The translations under genes were made by a program, and so were the position numbers. Below the pieces are notes generated by a model. That model was given only the letters and a program-made list of their open reading frames with translations, searched no databases and was not told the origin of the DNA. From Proteromonas lacertae (Eukaryota): a stretch of DNA of 64,000 nt. Of this stretch, positions 43,122 to 53,075 are shown in pieces. Within the stretch, counting starts at the first letter, position 1. The number at the start of each line of letters is the position of its first letter. Location of the stretch: the NCBI GenBank assembly GCA_002245135.1, contig NGBS01000295.1, positions 62,001 to 126,000 of the forward strand, written 5' to 3'.

Positions 43122-43536
43122 ATGAAGTTTTCTGTAATAGTGATAAGCGTATTATGCTTTTTTATTAAAAGAATAAATGCAGATGGTAAAGTTAGTTCAG
43201 TTTTTTCTGCTGTTCACTCAAATAATAGTATCATTTTTATATTCTGTTTTAGTGACATATATGAATAACACAAAATCTTCTAAATCAATTTCTGGAGTCT
43301 CGGTGGACATATCATCAGTTTATTTTAAAAAAGAGACTACCGCAGTGTATACTTATGGAACAGTACATTATAAAGGGTGGAGTAGTTGTTACAGTGAATA
43401 TCAAAATTACAGACTGTTGTGCTTATTATCTATTCGTGAGTTATATTGTAGTGATTTTCATTCTTATAGTATTAAAGAAGGAATTATCTGGGGTTGTGCT
43501 ATTTTGGGAAGGAATAATAAACAATGTTATCAATAA
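43122..43536 (+). CDS. Short secreted or truncated paralogue of the 44593-46157 repeat protein (possible pseudogene)
   Basis: Signal peptide MKFSVIVISVLCFFIKRINA, 25-nt phase-1 intron, SKSI..YTYGTVHYKGWSSC..C..WGCAILG aligning to repeat 1 with an internal deletion; no TM. Confidence 0.55.
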
Positions 43537-43780
43537 TAATAAATAATCTTATCATTCAGCTTGAGCTATCTTTTCATATCAACATCGTAGTTGAACTATA
43601 TCCAATTATTTATTTATCAAGCCTATTATCCTGCTGATTTTTCAGAAGAATTTATCCGAATAATAAGTATTTTTTGATGAAATTAATATAGGCAATTATA
43701 TATTATTTTATATAAACAAAGTAGTAAATACACAACAAATATAATAAAATTACTTATTGTTCTTCCCAAAAACATTCATC

Positions 43781-44485
43781 TTAGTCTTTACCATATGTAC
43801 TTTCAAAAATTATTGTGTTTTCATTTATTTTTGTTGAACTGTAATTTATTGTTGACTCAAAGATAATTGTATTTTTATTTATAGGTGATAAAACATTAGG
43901 ATTCTTAGATTTAGAAGATGAGTTATTATTTGAATTCATTTCAATTATACTCACTGCTTGAGATGATATTTTTTCTTTCTTATTTTTACATTTCTTTTTT
44001 ATACATTCTTTGCAACAATCTCCAATACATGTGTAACAATACGGACATGATATATACAACAAATAAAACACTCCAAATAATATAATAAATGGAATTGATA
44101 TAACTGCACCTGCAATAGCTATTCCAACCCCTGCTAATAAAAAAGGCATAAAAAGCCATACAGGAAGGAATAATAAGCCATTAATGCAAATAGAAAGAAA
44201 TATTCCAATTATCCAAATCCACTTTAATATATATCCCAAATCATCCCAAAATCCATCCCATTTTATAGCAATATATATAATTGGTATTATTGTTATGCAA
44301 CATGTTAATAACGCAACTAAAATAATTAAATACACACCTACAATAGTACCTATAGAAATAACTACAGTACCTCCTAATGCTTTTCCAAAACAAAATAATA
44401 ATCCAAGTGGCTTTTCTTTTACGTCTGCATATATATATTTAAAGAAATCTATAATTAATCCCATTATTATGTATATTTTTAACAA
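43781..44485 (-). CDS. Hypothetical multi-pass membrane protein with Cys-rich cytosolic segment, intronless
   Basis: Two long hydrophobic blocks, CPYCYTCIGDCCKEC, duplicated tail NTIIFEST; exact start uncertain. Confidence 0.6.
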   Translation of the reverse strand: MLKIYIIMGLIIDFFKYIYADVKEKPLGLLFCFGKALGGTVVISIGTIVGVYLIILVALLTCCITIIPIIYIAIKWDGFWDDLGYILKWIWIIGIFLSICINGLLFLPVWLFMPFLLAGVGIAIAGAVISIPFIILFGVFYLLYISCPYCYTCIGDCCKECIKKKCKNKKEKISSQAVSIIEMNSNNNSSSKSKNPNVLSPINKNTIIFESTINYSSTKINENTIIFESTYGKD

Positions 44486-44592
44486 ATATATTCTAAAAAA
44501 TAATATAGTTTTGCTAATTAGAATTAGTTAAGCAATTGATGCTTGTGTAATAATAAAAATAAAGTCTTTCTTACTGTTATTTCTTTTTGTGT

Positions 44593-46157
44593 ATGTTGTT
44601 TTTGGCTTTATTATTTTTTGTAAGTATTAATGCTCAATATATATACAAAAATACAAAATATATCCCTACAAAAACTCAAAGTAATTCATCACTCAAATGT
44701 ACAGTTCATATTATTATTGTCTAGCAGTTAATTTAATGAAATCAAAAGCATCTAAATCTATAGATGATGCCTATGTTGATACAACTTTTATATACTTTCT
44801 TAAAAAGTCTAAGAAGACTTATGTGTATGGTAGTCTTTTTTATAGATACTGGGATTCGTGCTCTACTGATTATGCTGATTATAAAATAAAATGTGCAGCT
44901 TCTTATTACCATTTGACTGAAATTAGTTATCGTAGAAGTGATTGGGAATATCCATTAAGTTGTAATGGCAATGATCTAGATAATATAAATTTTAGCTATA
45001 TAAATTATGGGTTTTTTGGTTGTGCAATAATGGGTAAAAGTAATGGAGAAATATATCACGTTGGTTATCTAGAAATAAAGTATATATATGATAGGAAAAA
45101 AATACAGTGTCATGTAGATGTAACGAAAAGTTTTAACAAAGTGGCTGTTATTGGCAAAATAGAATATGTTAATTGGGGATATTGTGAAAGAGATTCTATT
45201 AAACTATCATTAGTTTGTGTATTAGATTCTAAAATAATAGCTCCTGACAGTTTTGTATACTCAACTGTAGAAAAATATAATGTCAGTTGTTATAGTAATA
45301 AAGTAAATAATATATATAAGACTGAAGAGTTATATAAATCGTTACATTATGGTTGTGCTCTTGTTAATCAATTTGATGTTGTATATGATTATTGTACTCC
45401 CTTTAGTTTATTTGATCGTTTTATTTTAGACCTTAACTTATTAAATATTTATACACATTCAAACTATAAAACTATATCAGGCACTGTTCGTTACCAAAAT
45501 TATAATTATCATTGTGATAATGATATATTTAAATTGGTGTGTGTATTAACTAAGAATATGCCTAAAGAGGATAACTTTCTAAACCCAAATAATGAATTAT
45601 TAGAAATAGATTGTTCAGGAACAACAGTTGATATTAATGTATATAAAGAAGACGGTGAAATATTAAGCTGCGGTGTTATAGATGAAGAAAGATCATTTGT
45701 ACATCTCTATGATATTAAGAATCCTTCTTTTAAAGCACAAATTCATATAGAAGAAATAGAAATAGTTAGTGAAAGGCATGAAATAGAATCACTTATTAAA
45801 GCACAAATCTATTATGAAGATTGGGATAGTTGTTTAAATGAAAAGAATTTATATTTATTAAGATGCTATGCATCGTATAATGAAATTTCATTAGAGAATA
45901 TTAGGCAAGCACCAGATTTATATGTAACTTGCGGAAAATATGAATTAGATTTAAAAATAGAAGGAAAAGGAGACTATGTATATGTAGGATGTGGAGTAAC
46001 CACTTCTAATGGAGTAGTACTGTTAACATATGATATAAAGAAAGCAAAACCCAAATTAGATATAGGGTTTATAATCAATACGTTTCTATATGCACTACTT
46101 GTTGATATTATTCCTTTATCAATATTTGGATGTGTTATATGTTGTAGAAGAAATTAA
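44593..46157 (+). CDS. Type I membrane protein with four ~105-aa Cys-containing beta-rich repeats
   Basis: Signal peptide MLFLALLFFVSINAQ, 26-nt intron, four units G/A-x-h-x-Y-x-x-W/Y..C..C..C..C(A/G)h, TM, tail CCRRN. Confidence 0.75.
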
Positions 46158-46276
46158 AGTATACTATTAAAGATAAAATGAAGTATGTTACTATATTGTT
46201 CTTCACGTAATTAAACATGCCACAAATTAGAGTAATTACAACATAGAATATTACATATGAATTATCTAACTTCAAA

Positions 46277-46600
46277 TTAATTATACTTCATTTTCCTTTC
46301 ATTATTTAAACCTCTTAATTCTTTCTTTTTATTATGTACTACCTTTTTCTTATGTGTTTTTCCTGGGGGGACTATCACTTGTTTAGCATTTGGATTACTT
46401 TTTGCAGGAGCAGCTTTAACTTGAGGTTTTGCTGGTGGAGCTTTTGCTGCTGCGGGTTTAGCAGGCGCAGGTTTAGCAGGTGCAGGTTTTGGTGGAGCTG
46501 GTTTATTATCTTGATTATCAGGATTACCATATAATTGATAGTAGACATACATAAAATACAATACTACTACTAGAACTGTAATAGCTAAACACTCATTCAT
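46277..46600 (-). CDS. Small signal-anchored protein, Pro/Ala/Lys linker, basic tail (tandem copy A)
   Basis: MNECLAITVLVVVLYFMYVYYQLYGNP, PAKPA repeats, VIVPPGKTHKKK. Confidence 0.75.
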   Translation of the reverse strand: MNECLAITVLVVVLYFMYVYYQLYGNPDNQDNKPAPPKPAPAKPAPAKPAAAKAPPAKPQVKAAPAKSNPNAKQVIVPPGKTHKKKVVHNKKKELRGLNNERKMKYN

Positions 46601-46786
46601 TCCCTATATAAAGAGTTTATTACAATTGAAATAATGAATAAACTTGGCTTGATTTTCTATTTTGAAAAAAGTCTTATAGATGCAGATATACTGATTTTTT
46701 GTCTGTATGAGTGATATATTCATATTTATTCTGACGTATATAAATTTACAATAAACAATAATCAAAAACCTAATAATTAATTTGAT

Positions 46787-47071
46787 TTATTCCATTTTAA
46801 AATGACTTCTTCTTCTCCTTCTCCTTCTTTTTATAATAGTAGAACCAGGTTGAGTGTGTACAATTTGGTGGGGTAAATTTTTATTCTGTGTAATACCGCC
46901 TTGATTATTTGTTTGAGGCAGATTTGCTGGAGGTGGAGGAGGATTATTTGCTGCTGGTTGATTATTCGAAGCTGTACTATCTTGATTACTTGGATTTACA
47001 TACAACTGATAGTATACATACATTAGATATAGTATACAAACCAAAATAGTCATAGCAAAGCATTCATTCAT
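46787..47071 (-). CDS. Small signal-anchored protein with poly-Arg tail (tandem copy B)
   Basis: MNECFAMTILVCILYLMYVYYQLYVNP..IVHTQPGSTIIKRRRRRRRSHF. Confidence 0.75.
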   Translation of the reverse strand: MNECFAMTILVCILYLMYVYYQLYVNPSNQDSTASNNQPAANNPPPPPANLPQTNNQGGITQNKNLPHQIVHTQPGSTIIKRRRRRRRSHFKME

Positions 47072-47253
47072 CTTCCTAATCTCTCACAATTTAAAAAACA
47101 ATTATTTGGGGTTTTTTGGCAAATCTATTTTGAAAAAAAGGAAATTTCTTCACAAATATTAACCAAATGTGCTGGAATTATTATGCATTTTTATAAAAAC
47201 TCTAAATTGACTCATATAAAACATAAATTTATTGTTTCATTTATTTCTAACTA

Positions 47254-47559
47254 TTAGTGAAAATGCCTTCTTCTTATTCTTCTCCTTCTTACAACTCTTG
47301 TTTCTCCTGCTTGTATATGTTGAATAGGTAACTTGTCTTTATTCTCTGAATTTACATTATTGTCGTTATTAACTACATTATCATTATTTGAAACACCATT
47401 ATTATTACCATTACCATTATTATTATTATTATTATTTGATGATTGATCTATATTATTCACACTTTGCATTCCATCACTTCCATACAACTTGAAATAAACA
47501 TATACGAAATAAAATGTCACCAACATAATGAGCATTAGCATAAATTCCAACGCATGCAT
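47254..47559 (-). CDS. Small signal-anchored protein with poly-Arg tail (tandem copy C)
   Basis: Hydrophobic N-terminus ..FVYVYFKLYG, Asn-rich linker, IQHIQAGETRVVRRRRIRRRHFH. Confidence 0.75.
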   Translation of the reverse strand: MHALEFMLMLIMLVTFYFVYVYFKLYGSDGMQSVNNIDQSSNNNNNNNGNGNNNGVSNNDNVVNNDNNVNSENKDKLPIQHIQAGETRVVRRRRIRRRHFH

Positions 47560-47729
47560 CTGGAACTATCAAAATATCAAAATGAAATAAAATGATTTTG
47601 AGGTTGTATCAGATCTGTTAATGAGGCTTATGAAAAAATCAAAAAATAACGTGATTAAATAAATATTTCCATCATAAACAAGGAATTAAATAAGTATATA
47701 AAAAATTAATTTAAAAGTTAGATATATCA

Positions 47730-49475
47730 TTAATTAAGCAAATAAGTAAGATGAGGGTATTTGTTCACAGTATTATTCCTTAAAGTTGGTAACAACATCT
47801 TCAATAAAGTAGTACCATCATCGATATATGCATCTATCAAAAATAAATAATTACAGAAATACGTTTATGTCCTTCCTCACTACATATATCCTTCTGTATT
47901 AAATCAAAGAACGTTTCTTGAAGGTCGACCATATCAAAATACTTTAATGAGTAAAAGAATTGAGTTAATAGAACATATTGATTCTCAACTGAAGCATAAT
48001 GAATAATATTCTCTTCAAATGAAGATGATATCTTTAGTTTCATAGTTTTTGGACTATTTCAATAATAATAATTATTATAATAGCAATCTATACTTCCATT
48101 TAAATCCTAAGAATTTGAAATAATCTTTCATATTCTGCACAATTTTACTCCAAAACTTTTGCATCTCTGTAAAATGTTTTGAAGTTAATAAATGTTTTGA
48201 TTTCTCACAATATTTATAGGAATTATCTGATGGAAATAACAACTATAATAATAAATTCAATAATATAATAATTAATATACACATCCATCTTTATATGCAT
48301 TAGTAAAATCAATTGATAAAACATCTTCATCATTTCTCTTCAATAATTCACTGTATAACATACCACTATGACCTTTTGTGACATTTTCATAATAACTTTT
48401 AAATATACTTTCAACAGACTAATACATAATAATAATAATAATAATAATAATATACAACAGTTGGATGAGGTGTTAATGGTGATTCAATTGTTTGATAATT
48501 CTTTCTAGTCAGCTAAATATGAATATATTTTAATATAATATAATTATATATATACTATTGGAGTAGATGGTGCAGATGATAATCTACAACCAGTCTTTGA
48601 GATATTCTCTAATATCATACAATCATAACTATTACCCATCTCTCTTTCAATATAATGCTGTATATATTCATGTTTCAATAATTCTTCAGCAGATGGGCGT
48701 TTTTTACTATTATATGTTAACATATGTAATATCATTGTTCTTAAACCATTCGAATATAAAGTGGGTATTTCATCTTTTATACCATCTTTCTGTAATTCTG
48801 GTAATTGACCCCAATTGCCTTTAAATGCTGGCTTTAGTGTACATAATTCGTATAGAGTACAGCCTAAACTCCATATATCAACATTACAATTGTAATTCTT
48901 CTTTTGTAAGATCTCTGGAGCCATATAAGATGGTGTTCCACATAGTGTTTGCTTTATTGGCAAATCATTTGATATGATCTTTGTTAAACCTAAATCTCCT
49001 ATTACAGCAACTCCATCACAGGTAATTAATATATTTCCTGGTTTTATGTCTCGATGTATTGAGTGATGACTGTGAATATAATCTAATCCATATAATGAGT
49101 GTACCATTACATTACATACACCTTTTTCTGACAAGTATTTCTTATTTCTCTTCAAATTCATTATTAATTTATCTAAATCGCTTGGACAATATTCTAATAC
49201 AACACAATGCTTAGAACCCCAATCAAAGTCTTCTACAGAATGAACTACATAACGACTATGAAAGGATCTATAAGCTTGCATCTACATTATATTATGATTA
49301 GGAAATATAATACTTCTCTATCAAGTGCTGTTCTTTGATTATCTTCTAGATCAGTAGTTTCTATTACTTTACAAGCATATAATTCACCTTGATTGGACGC
49401 AAGATATACTTCTCCAAATGATCCTCGACCTAATAATTTCATGAAATGATATGGTCCTATATAAAAATTATTCAT
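47730..49475 (-). CDS. NEK-like Ser/Thr kinase with unrecognised C-terminal domain
   Basis: GRGSFG, HRDIKPGN, GDLGL, CGTPSYMAPE, DIWSLGCTLYELCTLKPAF; 6 introns traced in frame. Confidence 0.85.
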
Positions 49476-49582
49476 TTTAAAAATAAAAATATATTTGGCT
49501 TGATAAATTTTTGTGTTTTATAAAATTTAAGTTTATTTACATACGTAATACAAAATTATAATAGATGCAACAAAATAATTAT

Positions 49583-52500
49583 TTATTCTACATTCAAAAA
49601 TTCTTTTGATAATTCTTTCTTTTCTTCTTCTGATAATCCATTTAATATAATCAATCCGATTGATGAAAATGTTTCTAAAAATGATTTTAATTCTGATTTA
49701 TCTATATCTTCTTTAACAGTTATAGATAATTCTTCTAAATTACCAAATACTTCTTTGCTTTCTTTCATTAATCTCAATTCTCTTTCATTTAATTCATTTC
49801 CTGATAAATTTATCTTCCTCAATAAATAGTTTTCTTTTAATTTTTCTATCAACATTTTTAATCCCTTTTCACTCATCCCAATATCTATTCAAATAAGAAT
49901 AATGTATTATATTCATAAAATACTTGAGATGTCTAATGATGAAAGTATCAAATTATCTCTTTCAACAAATTCTACAATATAATTGAGTATTATTTCAACT
50001 CCTTCATCCCCAATTGGATTATTAATTATGGAAATATATTCTACATTTGTTGGAAAAGAATCTGTTAATTCTTTTAATCCTTTATAACTAATTCTATTAT
50101 TCGATAAATCAAGTCTTTTATAATCAATCTGCTTTATTTTAGAAATAAGGGAATCACTGATATTCAAATCTATTTCATTATAAACTGTGATATATACTTG
50201 AAAAATCATAATTATAACTAAATCTATTCTTATTAATACAATAATCCAGATAATACTCCAATTCTTCACTTGTCCATAATAAATTCTTCATATGAATAAA
50301 TGCTTCATTTTCCAATGATTTCGAACATATTGCTTTTAATCCTTGCATATGAATATTATTTCCACCTAGATATATTCTGTCAACATTACCAATTGAATCA
50401 AATTTATCTGCCAATGATATCATGCTTTCATCATCAATTGAAATATTCCTCAAATCCAGCTCTTCATCATCTTCAATAAACAAGTATAATTTGTTTAATA
50501 ACATTTTAAATCCACTATTACCTATTGGATTATCTATTAAGCAAAGCATTAAACAAATATACCATGAATGCATAATGTACTAATATTATCATTATCTTCC
50601 ATATAATCCATTAAATATTGTACTGCATCGGAATTAATATTATTGTCACTTATATCTAGCAATAGAATATCTACATCAAGATGACTTAAACCTATTAATA
50701 AATACTTCAATCCAATTAAAGATAATCCCATTTCTATTCATTATCAAATAATAGTTACTATACTTGAACAATTTACGTTATCACCATCTTTCAATAAATC
50801 AATGTGAGGATATAACACTTCCATTCCTAAATCACCTATTTCATTTCCTTGTAATTGGATGTTTTCAAGTTCTTCAAATGAAGATAAGTTGTTGCATAGT
50901 ATTTCAATACTCTTGTAGCTCAATCCGTTATCTAAATAAATAAAAAACTTCAAATTATACAACTCAAATCTAATACTTGCATTCTTCTTAATTCATTCAA
51001 TCTTAAAGAAATGAATAATCTGAATAAATTATCATCAATTTTGCAATCGCTCAGATTCAATTCACTATTATGATATTCATCTCTGACGTATTTGATTATT
51101 TCTGGAATCTCTTTATCAATTAGTAATTCTATACATTCATCACAATACACCTCTGTAAATACTGAGAATAAGGCTTTTAATCCAACTGAATGAATGTGAA
51201 TGTTGTATGCAACATATATTTTCTTGAGATTTGGATATTTGCATAATTCTTTTGATAATAATATCATTGATTCATCATTTAAATTCATTCCTTCAAGATC
51301 CAATACATTATTCCTGTTGATTAATAGACGTAAATATGGAAGTAGTAATTTGAAGCCTTTTGGACCAATCGGATTTCCTATTTAACAACAATATGAAAAA
51401 GAATAACACATACCTAAAAGATTTACATATTCTAATTTCATGAATTTGATTGATCTAACAAATGATGTAATAAAACGGAGAGTAAGATTATTTCCTGATA
51501 TATCTAATTCTTGTAGATGTGTTAATTGAGAAAATCCAAATAACGATTGATATTGAATTGGTAACTTAATATCACAATCTAAATAAGTGTAATGATTAAA
51601 AATATACCAAACCTAATTTTTGTTGGATTGATTAATTTCAAAATTCTGAAGAAATAATTTATCCCTTCTTCACATAAACAAATACATCTTGATTTAATTC
51701 TGACTACATCTTCATTATATATATCGCTGCTAAATAAAATTTCATCTAAATAACATTCTTTTAATTTTTCTTTACAATTGTGATAAATATGAAATTTCAG
51801 TTTAGTTGTTATTGAATCATCTTTTTTTGGTTTGTTATAATCACTTTTTTCTTTAAACAATTTCATCGCCAATAATACTGATAATACTCTTTCGTCATAT
51901 TCATTATTATAAGACTTTATCATACTATCTCTAATTACCATCCAATATTTGCTATTTACATAATACTCTGATGGATATATTATTGGAAGCATAACAACTG
52001 CATCATCACCATTATATAATATCTCTTTTTTTTCTTCATATATCATCCAATTACCTTTTCTATCTTTTAATATTTCATTCATTTTTATCACTTCTTTTTT
52101 TAACTCTTTCAAACTCATTCTATCTTCACTCTTCACTTTTAACATTCTTTTTATCATTTCTTTCATCATTTTATCACATTTTACATCCAAACTGTATTTA
52201 CATCTTTGAATATTATTCATTGTTTTATTCATATTATTATCTTCATTAAATGGTAATTTCTTACAAATCATTTCATATAATATACAACCAATTGACCAAA
52301 TTATACTTCTCTCATTACATTCTAATCCATTCAACTCTTCTGGGCTTTTAAAACTTAAATCGCATATTCTCATATCTTCTTCTTTTCTCAATGTGTTTAA
52401 GAATAAATCACACAACTTTATATCATCGTTTTCATCATATACTACGTTCGAGCTTTTCAAATTACTTATCACCATATTATATTCACTAAATATCATTAAT

Positions 52501-52907
52501 ATATCACACATTAGGCATATTATATCACATACATCACTATTTGTAAAGGATTTAATCTGAATAATCATTTCTAAATCTCTCAAATAATACTCTCTCTCAT
52601 ACACAATATATTCACTATAATCTTCTAATTGTAGAAATTTAGAATAACAGATAAAGGTTGAACAACAATTTATTATCACATAGTTATTCTCACATACTTT
52701 TAATATCTTTTTAACTTTTATTCCATCAATATTTAGTATTTTTATCTTTTTTATTACATTTTGGTGTTGTATTTTATAATCCACTTCATAATTACTCTTT
52801 TCTACTCTATTACTTATCTATACAATAGATATAAATAAATATACTTTAGTATTAAATGGTAATATTGAAGATAGAACATCATTTGCAAAACATTTTAAGC
52901 AAAACAT
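49583..52907 (-). CDS. Pseudokinase + RNI-like (about 28-aa) leucine-rich repeat protein
   Basis: Kinase fold lacking HRD/DFG (VISNLKSSNVV, DLF, SPE, IWSIG), followed by LDISGNNL / GNPIG..G repeats; 8 introns traced in frame. Confidence 0.8.
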
Positions 52908-53075
52908 TCTTCAAACCTGTTTGATATATTAAAATATTATTCGTTTCATTGTTTCAGTTATTCAATTTTAAACCATAATAGAAATTATAAATTATAATTT
53001 AAAATTATTATTCTTTATATATTCAATAATTTTAAACAAATAATGATATAATAATACGATTTTTTATTATAATTA

